Shown piece by piece: positions 56,376-64,000 of a stretch of DNA of 64,000 nucleotides (positions within the stretch are counted from its first letter, which is position 1; each line of letters starts with the position of its first letter). The translations under genes and the position numbers were made by a program. The notes beneath the pieces were generated by a model. The model did no database searches and had not been told where the DNA came from. It was given only the letters and a program-made list of their open reading frames with translations. Source of the stretch: Gammaproteobacteria bacterium. GTDB lineage: Bacteria > Pseudomonadota > Gammaproteobacteria > Eutrophobiales > Eutrophobiaceae. The stretch is from NCBI GenBank assembly GCA_965221335.1, contig CBDCSC010000001.1:288519-352518 (forward strand), in the 5' to 3' direction.

Positions 56376-57140
56376 TTAAGAGCCATCAGTCTCTTCTGAT
56401 GACGGTGGAGAATTCTGCGGCGATGCCTGGGTTTCGCTTATCGCGGTCTCAAGCGCCAGTTCTATCATTTCCGCAAAGCCGGATTGCCGTTCCTCTGCGC
56501 TCAATCTTTTTTCAAGGGTGATATGGTCGCTGACGGTGCAAATGGTCAATGCCCTGGCGCCGAGTTCTGCGGCCAGGCCGTATATGCCGGCGGCCTCCAT
56601 TTCCACACCCAGTACATTGTATTTTTCCATCAGTTCGAAGACTTCAGGCTCAGGCGTGTAGAACAGGTCGGACGAGAACACATTGCCGGCATGGAATGCA
56701 AGCTTTCTTTGTTCGGCAAGGTCTACCGCGGCGCGCAGCATGCGGTAATCTGCGATGGCGGCAAAGTCATGGTCTCTGAAGCGGATGCGATTCACCTTTG
56801 AATCGGTGCAGGCGCCCATTGCGATAATGATATCCCGCAGTTGCACCGACTTCAGCACGGCGCCGCAACTGCCGACCCGTATCAAGCGTTTTACTCCGAA
56901 CTCGTTGATCAGTTCGGCACAGTAAATCGAGCAAGAGGGGATGCCGACGCCATGGCCCATCACCGACAGGCGCTGTCCCTTGTAGCTGCCGGTATAGCCC
57001 AGCATGCCCCGGACATCATTCACCAAGCGCGGGTTGTCCAGGTAGTTTTCGGCGATGAATTTTGCCCGGAGCGGGTCGCCCGGCATCAGCACGGTCTCGG
57101 CAAAATCCCCGGGTTCGGCATTGATATGAGGTGTGGCCAT
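56376..57140 (-). CDS. deoD: purine nucleoside phosphorylase (PNP/UDP family 1)
   Basis: 254 aa with DeoD-like motifs ([29 protein letters not shown]). It has an Ala/Ser/Pro-rich C-terminal tail. Confidence 0.8.
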   Translation of the reverse strand: MATPHINAEPGDFAETVLMPGDPLRAKFIAENYLDNPRLVNDVRGMLGYTGSYKGQRLSVMGHGVGIPSCSIYCAELINEFGVKRLIRVGSCGAVLKSVQLRDIIIAMGACTDSKVNRIRFRDHDFAAIADYRMLRAAVDLAEQRKLAFHAGNVFSSDLFYTPEPEVFELMEKYNVLGVEMEAAGIYGLAAELGARALTICTVSDHITLEKRLSAEERQSGFAEMIELALETAISETQASPQNSPPSSEETDGS

Positions 57141-57182
57141 GTCTTCACTCGTGTCGTCGTAATCGGACCTGGTTGATCTTCA

Positions 57183-58409
57183 TTAAACCTGCAGGGAGAC
57201 GAACAGGACTGCCAGCACCGCGCTCATCAGGTTCGACAGGGTGCCGGCAAGCACCGACATGAAGCCGAGCGCGGCAATGTCCTGGCGCCGTTCCGGGACC
57301 AGGCTGCCCATGCCGCCCAGCAAGATGGCGATGGAGGTGAGGTTGGCGAAACCGCACAGGCCGAACGTGATCAATACCTGGGTCTGCGGGCTTAAGGTAT
57401 CCCTGATTTCACTGAAGCTCAGGTAGGCGATGAATTCACTCATAATGAATTTCTGGCCGATCAAGCTGCCGGCCGCGGCGGCCTCGTGCCAGGGCACGCC
57501 CAGCAGCCAGGCCAGCGGCGCCAGCAGTTTGCCGAGAATACCCTGCAAGGTCAGGTCCTCGAGCCCGAACCATGCGCCAACCCCGCCCAGCAGGCCGTTG
57601 ACCAGCGCGATCATCGCCACGAACGCGATCAGCATCGCGCCGACATTGGCCGCAAGTTTGAGTCCGTCCAGGGTGCCGTTGCCGATGGCTTCAAAGACAT
57701 TCACCACTTTTGCCGGCCCGCTGAATTGTACGTGTTCTATGTCCTGCTCAGCATCTTCGGTCTCGGGCTTGATGATCTTGGCCATCAGCAGGCCGCCTGG
57801 CGCGGCCATGAAACTGGCCGCAATCAGGTAGCCCAGGTTAATCCCCATCGCAGCGTAGGCCGCCATGATGGCGCCGGAGATGGCCGCCATGCCGCCGGTC
57901 ATCACCGCGAACAGCTCCGATCGGGTCAGGTTCTTCAGGTAGGGCCGGATGACCAGTGGCGATTCGCTGTGACCGATGAAGATGTTGGCAACCGCGCACA
58001 TGGATTCAGTCTTGCTGGTGCCGAGCAGTTTATGAATGGCGCCGCCCAGTATCGTTACCAGTTTCTGCATGATGCCCAGGTAATACAGCGTGGACATCAG
58101 CGCGGAGAAAAAGATGATCACCGGCAACAGGTGAAAGGCGATGGAAAATCCGCCTTCCTGCTTGGCCAGGTCGCCGAACACGAATTCGCTGCCGACGCGG
58201 CCGTAATCGATGACGTTCTGAACGCCCGCGACCATGGTATTGAGAAATGCCTGGCCCGGCGGGAAATAAAGGATCAGGCAGGCGATCGCGGCCTGGGTCA
58301 AGAACGCGGGGATAACGGTTTTCAACCTGATTGCGCGCCGGTTTTCGGACAGCAGCAAGGCCAGGGAGATTATCACCGCGATCCCGACAAAACTCATCAG
58401 AAACTGCAT
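57183..58409 (-). CDS. nupC: NupC-family concentrative nucleoside transporter
   Basis: 408 aa, multi-TM, CNT family. Confidence 0.75.
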   Translation of the reverse strand: MQFLMSFVGIAVIISLALLLSENRRAIRLKTVIPAFLTQAAIACLILYFPPGQAFLNTMVAGVQNVIDYGRVGSEFVFGDLAKQEGGFSIAFHLLPVIIFFSALMSTLYYLGIMQKLVTILGGAIHKLLGTSKTESMCAVANIFIGHSESPLVIRPYLKNLTRSELFAVMTGGMAAISGAIMAAYAAMGINLGYLIAASFMAAPGGLLMAKIIKPETEDAEQDIEHVQFSGPAKVVNVFEAIGNGTLDGLKLAANVGAMLIAFVAMIALVNGLLGGVGAWFGLEDLTLQGILGKLLAPLAWLLGVPWHEAAAAGSLIGQKFIMSEFIAYLSFSEIRDTLSPQTQVLITFGLCGFANLTSIAILLGGMGSLVPERRQDIAALGFMSVLAGTLSNLMSAVLAVLFVSLQV

Positions 58410-58470
58410 TTTTATTATTGTCCCCTTTGGTAATTGTTATAAGATACGGGACAATTGGAGGTAAGGCAAA

Positions 58471-60009
58471 ATGAAATCAGCGCAATCCTTAGGTCTCGCA
58501 ATACTGGTTTGGCTCATTATTGCAGGAAACGGCAACCTATTCGCAGGTGAAATGGACGCCCGGCTGTATTTTCAGTCGGTGCGGCGCGACCCGGCGTTGC
58601 TGAGAAATTTCCTGTACGGGTTCCCGAAGGGAGGCGAACTGCACAATCACCTGGACGGCGCCATCTATGCGGAAAACTACATCCGCTGGGCAGCCGAGGA
58701 CGGCAAGTGCATTGACCTTCAAACCCACAGGATGACGTTACCGCCCTGTGACGCGGCAGCCGGACGGCCTGCGGTCAGTGAGATCAGCGATAACGCAGAT
58801 GTGGTAAACCGGATTATCGACGCGTTCTCGATACGCAACTATGAACGCCGTGAGGTATCCGGCCACAACCAGTTTTTTTCAACCTTTGAGCGCTTTGTCC
58901 CTGCGGGCTTCGGCCGCGAGGGGCATATGCTGGCTGAATCCAGCGCCCGGTCCGCGCGCCAGAATGTTATCTACCTGGAGCTGTTGCAGTCATGGGGCAT
59001 GGAAAAGGCCCGGCAACTGGGAGCAGATAGCGTGGAATTCGATCCCGGGCGACCCTTGCAGGAGCTGGCCCGTCACCCGGAGATCGAAAAACTGGCTGCA
59101 GAGACCATTACCAGGCTGGACGCGATTGAGCAGCAGTGGCGCACAGTCCTGGCCTGCGAGCAGGAACAAGCGGACCCCGGTTGTGACGTGACCGTCCGCT
59201 ACCTGGCCCAGGTGATCCGCACCTTTCCGCGCTCGCAAGTATTGGCGCAAACGCTACTCGCTTATCATCTCATCGAGAAGGATGCGCGCTACGTGGGACT
59301 GAATTTCGTGGCGCCGGAAGACGACCCCATCACCCTCAGAGACTACCGCTGGCAGATGGAAATGATCGGCGAACTGGCAGGTTATTTCCCCTCGGCAAAG
59401 AACGGCATCACGCTGCACGCCGGTGAACTCGACCTCGGGCTGGTCCCCCCCGAACACCTGGGCTGGCACATCCGTGCGGCGCTGGACCTTGCCGGCGCCC
59501 GGCGCATCGGTCACGGCACCGATATCTTCCACGACCCGCAGGCAACGCAACTCATGCAACGAATGGCCGCAGAAGGCATCCTGGTAGAGATCAACCTGAC
59601 CAGCAGCGAAGCCATCCTGGGCATAACCGATGAGCGGCATCCGATTCGGGCTTATCTCAAGTATAACGTGCCCGTTGCCCTGTCCACGGACGATGAAGGC
59701 GTCGCCCGCATCGACCTGACCCACGAATACCAGCGAGCGGTGGAAACCTACAAACTCACTTATGACGATCTCAAGTACCTGTCCCGCAACGCGCTGGCCT
59801 ACAGCTTCTTGCCGGGAGAAAGCCTGCTGGAGTCGACCTATACGGGGAAAATCGTTGAGCAGTGCGATTACGGCATCGCCGGGGCCGATGAGAGCATACA
59901 GGAAGACAAGGTGCAGACCTGTCTTGAATTCATGTTCCGGAATGAAAAAGCCAAGTTACAGGCGGAACTGGAAAGGCGCTTCCGGGTTTTCGAAAGTGGC
60001 TATGATTAA
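58471..60009 (+). CDS. adenosine/AMP deaminase-family protein with signal peptide
   Basis: 512 aa. Metal-binding motifs ELHNHLDGA, HAGE and SLSTDDEG, plus an N-terminal signal peptide. Confidence 0.65.
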   Translation: MKSAQSLGLAILVWLIIAGNGNLFAGEMDARLYFQSVRRDPALLRNFLYGFPKGGELHNHLDGAIYAENYIRWAAEDGKCIDLQTHRMTLPPCDAAAGRPAVSEISDNADVVNRIIDAFSIRNYERREVSGHNQFFSTFERFVPAGFGREGHMLAESSARSARQNVIYLELLQSWGMEKARQLGADSVEFDPGRPLQELARHPEIEKLAAETITRLDAIEQQWRTVLACEQEQADPGCDVTVRYLAQVIRTFPRSQVLAQTLLAYHLIEKDARYVGLNFVAPEDDPITLRDYRWQMEMIGELAGYFPSAKNGITLHAGELDLGLVPPEHLGWHIRAALDLAGARRIGHGTDIFHDPQATQLMQRMAAEGILVEINLTSSEAILGITDERHPIRAYLKYNVPVALSTDDEGVARIDLTHEYQRAVETYKLTYDDLKYLSRNALAYSFLPGESLLESTYTGKIVEQCDYGIAGADESIQEDKVQTCLEFMFRNEKAKLQAELERRFRVFESGYD

Positions 60010-60037
60010 GGAAACTCTGATTAACTCTTAGAGCTTC
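60009..60037. repeat. Family-A palindromic element, copy 5
   Basis: GGAAACTCTGATTAACTCTTAGAGCTTCC, beginning within the last codon/stop codon of the deaminase gene (stop 60007-60009). Confidence 0.5.
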
Positions 60038-60066
60038 CCTCATGATCAGCGCGCGGCCCGCCCCGA

Positions 60067-62142
60067 TTGCATGTAACTGTTGGTACAGGATATAGGATTA
60101 TGAAATTATACTCACTACCGCTTGTACTATGCTTAAGCCTGCTAGCCTCCGGTATTGAACAGGAAGTTCATGCGGCAGGCATTGGCGACGCGACGAGCAA
60201 AACCATCACGCAATTTACCCGTCATTTAACGCCAACGCCCAGCGCGGGACCGGCCGGCGCCGCCGCGAGAAGCGCCGCCAGGCCGCCGTCAAGACCGGCG
60301 CAACGCCGGCGAGCCGCCAAACCTGCGCCAACCCCGGCGCGCAATGCCTATTTTGGCGACCTGCACATCCACACTTCCTGGTCGCTGGACGGCTATATTA
60401 TCTTCAACCGGACAACGCCGGATGATGCGTATGCGTTTGCACAGGGCGATGCAATCGAGTTTTACGGTCGCCCACCCGCAAAACTGGCTGTGCCGCTGGA
60501 TTTTGCCGCGGTGACTGACCATGGGGAATTTCTCGGCGAGACGCGGCTGTGCTCGGACCCGGCCGCGACGGCCTATCACACGCAGTTATGCGCTGATATC
60601 AGAAACGAACAGCAAGACCCGGTCGTAGAGAACCGGATCTTCGTTAACGTATTGCTGAAAATTCTGCGCGCGGAAAAACCGGAACGGCCGGCGTTCTGTG
60701 GCGAGCAGGGCCAGGATTGTGACGCCGCGTCACGCCACCGTTGGCGCGAGCTGCAACAGGTTGCGGATAAACATTATCGGCCCGGCGAGTTCACCACGTT
60801 CATCGCTTACGAATGGACCGGTGAGCAGGGTGGCAATCGGCACCGCAACGTGATCTTCCGCAACAGCACGGTACCCGACAAGGCCTGGAGCATGATCGAA
60901 ATCCCCACCGTGGAGGGCTTATGGAAAAAACTGGATGAGCAATGCGCACCGCCTTGCGATGTGCTGACGATCTCGCACAGTTCCAATCAAAGCAAAGGGC
61001 TGCGCTTTGCCGGCATGAATACGGACGGCGCCCCGTTAACGCCGGCAGAGGCCGTATACCGGGCCGCGCGTGAACCCTTGGTTGAAATCATGCAATTTGC
61101 CGGCGATTCCGAATGCCGCGTCGGCCTGGGCACAGAAGACGAATATTGTGATTTTGAAAAATTCGACCTGCGCCCCGTATGCCCCAACCCGCCGCGTCCC
61201 GGTTCCACGCTGCAATGCGCGCCTGTCTGCGACGAAGCGGGCGGTCCGGAAGGATGCGTATCAGCAACCAGCTATGTGCGCAACGGCCTCAAGGCAGGAC
61301 TCACGTTGCAGCAGAAGCTGGGCGTCAATCCATACAAACTCGGTTTTGTCGGCAGCACGGATACGCACAATGCCAACCCGGGCGACACCGACGAGGAGGA
61401 TCACCAGGGCCACTTCGGTTACCTGGACGCAGAACCGGAGGACCGGCTGTTGCTGGCTTTAAAAACCGGTTTCAAGCAATTGCCGCGTAACCCGGGCGGC
61501 TTGGCCGCGGTCTGGGCTGAAGAAAACACCCGAGACAGCATTTTTGACGCGTTGCGCCGGCGGGAGACCTTCGGCACCAGCGGCAACCGCATTCTTATCC
61601 GTTTCTTCGGCGGCTGGGAGTTCCCGGCTCGGCTGAACCCGAGCACAGACCTGGCGCAGTTGGGTTACCGGGATGGCGTGCCGATGGGCGCCGACCTGCC
61701 AAAAGCCAAAACCGGCGCCGCGCCCCGTTTCCTGGTCTGGGCGATGCAGGCCGTGGATGGAGAGAGGCTGCAGCGTTTACAGGTGGTCAAGGGTTGGCTG
61801 GAAGACGGCAAGCCGCAGGAGCGGGTCTATGACGTGGCCTGCTCCGATGGCCTGGTCCCGGATCCGGTTACTCACCGTTGCCCCGATAACGGCGCGCGGG
61901 TCAGCCCCAGGGATTGCAGAGTCACCGCCGATGCGGGCGCGACGCAGTTGCGGGGCGTGTGGGAAGACCCCGATTTCGACGCATCGGAGCAGGCATTTTA
62001 CTACCTGCGGGCGCTGGAAAACCCGCGCTGTCGCTGGAGTACTTTTGACGCGCTGCGCCTGGCACGCCCGCTACCGCCGAATACGCCGCCAATCATACAG
62101 GAACGCGCCTGGTCATCGCCTATCTGGCACATAAGTGATTAG
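60067..62142 (+). CDS. DUF3604 family protein (PHP-like predicted metal hydrolase), secreted
   Basis: Motif YFGDLHIHTSWSLDGY. The probable true start is MKLYSLPLVL at 60100 (signal peptide). There is a Pro/Ala/Arg-rich linker near the N-terminus. Confidence 0.6.
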   Translation: MHVTVGTGYRIMKLYSLPLVLCLSLLASGIEQEVHAAGIGDATSKTITQFTRHLTPTPSAGPAGAAARSAARPPSRPAQRRRAAKPAPTPARNAYFGDLHIHTSWSLDGYIIFNRTTPDDAYAFAQGDAIEFYGRPPAKLAVPLDFAAVTDHGEFLGETRLCSDPAATAYHTQLCADIRNEQQDPVVENRIFVNVLLKILRAEKPERPAFCGEQGQDCDAASRHRWRELQQVADKHYRPGEFTTFIAYEWTGEQGGNRHRNVIFRNSTVPDKAWSMIEIPTVEGLWKKLDEQCAPPCDVLTISHSSNQSKGLRFAGMNTDGAPLTPAEAVYRAAREPLVEIMQFAGDSECRVGLGTEDEYCDFEKFDLRPVCPNPPRPGSTLQCAPVCDEAGGPEGCVSATSYVRNGLKAGLTLQQKLGVNPYKLGFVGSTDTHNANPGDTDEEDHQGHFGYLDAEPEDRLLLALKTGFKQLPRNPGGLAAVWAEENTRDSIFDALRRRETFGTSGNRILIRFFGGWEFPARLNPSTDLAQLGYRDGVPMGADLPKAKTGAAPRFLVWAMQAVDGERLQRLQVVKGWLEDGKPQERVYDVACSDGLVPDPVTHRCPDNGARVSPRDCRVTADAGATQLRGVWEDPDFDASEQAFYYLRALENPRCRWSTFDALRLARPLPPNTPPIIQERAWSSPIWHISD

Positions 62143-62247
62143 CCCTCGAATTTGAACCTGCTGGCTAGCTCAGGTACGAAGTCTTTGGCTGTAGTCCAGC
62201 GCTTGCAAGAATCATGTTTCCGATAACGACAAATGGCTGGGTGAGGA

Positions 62248-64000
62248 ATGTGGGTTAGTCGTCTTCTGCGGATAGTAGTGTTGCTGTTGCCGGTAGCGCT
62301 GGCGGCGCAGGAGTCCGGACCGCGCTTTCCGTTCTTCGGCGACCTGCATGTACACACTGCCTGGTCGCTGGACAGTTACGTCAACTTCAACCGAGTTGGT
62401 CCCCGGGATGCCTACCGCTTTGCCCTGGGGGAGCCTGTCAGGCTGTCAGGCGGCAGGGTGGCGCGCATAGACCGGCCACTGGATTTTGCCGCGGTCACGG
62501 AGCACGCGGAATACCTGGGCGAGTTGCGCATCTGCACGGATGAAACCGATGCCCGCTATGCGTTGGATATCTGCCGGGACATCCGCAACGAGGCCGGGCA
62601 GCAGTCTTTGATAGACCGGATTTACAAGGAATTGATCATACGCGATGTGCTGTCTCCGAACCCGCGACGCGAGTCCGACTTGTGTGGGGCGGATGATGCC
62701 CGCTGCCTGGCAAGGGCAAAATCAGTTTGGCGGGAACTGCGCGACATCGCCGCTGAGTTCAATCGCCCCGGCCGGTTCACCACCTTCGTGGGTTACGAGT
62801 GGACGGGTAACACCAACGGCAACAACCTGCACCGGAACATCATCTACGGTAACGACCGGGTACCGGCGTTACCAATCAGCTATTTCGAGGCGAACACGCC
62901 GGAGAAATTATGGCGCCAACTGCAGGACACCTGCGCGCCGCCGTGCGAAGTCCTGGCCATTCCGCACAACTCCAACCAGAGCAATGGCCGGCAATTCCCG
63001 GCCATGGAAGCAGACGGCAGTCCGTTGCGCGCCGAGTGGGCGGCGCTGCGGGCCAAAACGGAGCCCCTGGTGGAGATTATCCAGGCCAAGGGCGAGTCCG
63101 AATGCCATACCGGGGTGGGCACGGTGGATGAACTGTGCCGTTACGAAAAGATCGAGCGCCGGCCTCTGTGTGGGGAACAGGGCGTTGGGGAGGACTGCGT
63201 ACCGGTTTGTACCGGTCATAGCAGCGGGCCGGGTTGCGTCGCGCCCAATAACTACCTGCGCAATGCCCTGAAAACGGGACTGGAACTGGAACAGGAACTG
63301 GGCGTAAATCCTTACCGGCTGGGTTTTATAGGCAGCACCGACACCCATAACGGCGCCCCCGGCGCGGTTGACGAGAGCGATTTCCAGGGCCATCACGGCG
63401 TCGAGGACGGCACGCCTGAACAGCGTGCGCGCATGCCTGAAATAAAGGAGTTCACGGCCAACCGGGTCAAAGGTTCCGGCGGGCTGACCGGCCTCTGGGC
63501 GGAGCAGAACACCCGCGCCGCCCTGTTTGACGCGCTGCAACGCCGGGAAGCCTTCGCCACCAGTGGCACGCGCATCACGCTGCGCTTTTTTGCCGGCTGG
63601 GAGTTCCCCGACGATATCAATGGCATCGATGATCCGGCTGCGCTGGGCTACGCATACGGGACACCGATGGGCGGCGAACTGCCACCGGCGCATGATGGGG
63701 CACAACCCGGTTTCATCATCTGGGCCATGAAGGACCCGCAAGGGGTCAACCTGCAGCGCGTGCAGGTTATCAAGGGCTGGTTGGAGCAGGGCGGCGGAAC
63801 TAAGGAACAGGTCTATGACGTGGTCTGCGCCGGCGACCTGACCCCTGACCCGGCCACCCGCCGCTGCCCGGATAACGGCGCCCGCGTTGACCTGAGCGAT
63901 TGCAGTGTGGACATGCGCAAGGGCGCCGTGGAACTGAAAACCCTGTGGCGCGATCCGGAGTTCAACCCGCGCCAACCCGCGTTCTATTACCTGAGAGTAC
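62248..64000 (+). CDS. DUF3604 family protein, paralogue (3'-partial, runs off the window)
   Basis: The start is ATG at 62248 followed by a signal peptide. FFGDLHVHTAWSLDSY is collinear with the upstream paralogue throughout. It is absent from the ORF track because no stop lies within the window. Confidence 0.6.
   Translation, partial: MWVSRLLRIVVLLLPVALAAQESGPRFPFFGDLHVHTAWSLDSYVNFNRVGPRDAYRFALGEPVRLSGGRVARIDRPLDFAAVTEHAEYLGELRICTDETDARYALDICRDIRNEAGQQSLIDRIYKELIIRDVLSPNPRRESDLCGADDARCLARAKSVWRELRDIAAEFNRPGRFTTFVGYEWTGNTNGNNLHRNIIYGNDRVPALPISYFEANTPEKLWRQLQDTCAPPCEVLAIPHNSNQSNGRQFPAMEADGSPLRAEWAALRAKTEPLVEIIQAKGESECHTGVGTVDELCRYEKIERRPLCGEQGVGEDCVPVCTGHSSGPGCVAPNNYLRNALKTGLELEQELGVNPYRLGFIGSTDTHNGAPGAVDESDFQGHHGVEDGTPEQRARMPEIKEFTANRVKGSGGLTGLWAEQNTRAALFDALQRREAFATSGTRITLRFFAGWEFPDDINGIDDPAALGYAYGTPMGGELPPAHDGAQPGFIIWAMKDPQGVNLQRVQVIKGWLEQGGGTKEQVYDVVCAGDLTPDPATRRCPDNGARVDLSDCSVDMRKGAVELKTLWRDPEFNPRQPAFYYLRV

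Overview
This 64-kb window is GC-rich (~60%) and looks like a gammaproteobacterial chromosome segment; the taxon is inferred from gene content only. Most of it is ordinary core metabolism. This includes argB; a 4-hydroxyphenylacetate/homoprotocatechuate meta-cleavage operon (hpaH, a split hpaG, hpaE, hpaD, hpaF plus a TSUP permease); an aerotolerance-type operon (MoxR, DUF58, DUF4381, BatA, BatB, BatD); ilvD; an aromatic amino-acid decarboxylase; argE and argA; ApbE; aceK and icd; an amidase; a DUF4212 gene with an SSS symporter; trhO and cmoB; a peroxiredoxin; a PabB/TrpE-like enzyme; a nucleoside catabolism cluster (deoC, deoD, nupC, adenosine deaminase); and two tandem DUF3604 genes. Two accessory regions stand out. 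(1) At ~7.4-13.8 kb there is a decayed mobile/defense island. It carries a minimal CBASS pair (CD-NTase plus a patatin/CapV effector), a compact OLD-family ATPase-TOPRIM nuclease followed by a small Cys-rich ORF, a degraded transposase remnant, an IS21 end (TGTCA inverted repeat plus a 3' istB fragment), and a P4-type integrase inactivated by an in-frame TAA and 3' truncation. (2) At ~16.9-22.4 kb there is a sharply low-GC (~37%) four-gene operon with overlapping stop/start codons on the minus strand: GHKL ATPase (782 aa), Dcm-type C5 cytosine methyltransferase, GHKL ATPase (551 aa) and Vsr. I read this as a paraMORC-like, methylation-coupled restriction/defense module with no recognisable conventional restriction endonuclease, and it is the best candidate here for an uncharacterised system. 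Several things are explained by no gene call. These are two families of ~30-bp intergenic palindromic repeats (5 and 3 copies, with one copy sharing an arm between families), coding tandem repeats in a DUF3782/PD-(D/E)xK-like protein and in a COG2865 regulator, and a 3-kb insertion (DUF45, gene fragment, COG2865) splitting the deoC and deoD cluster. I found no rRNA, tRNA or CRISPR array.
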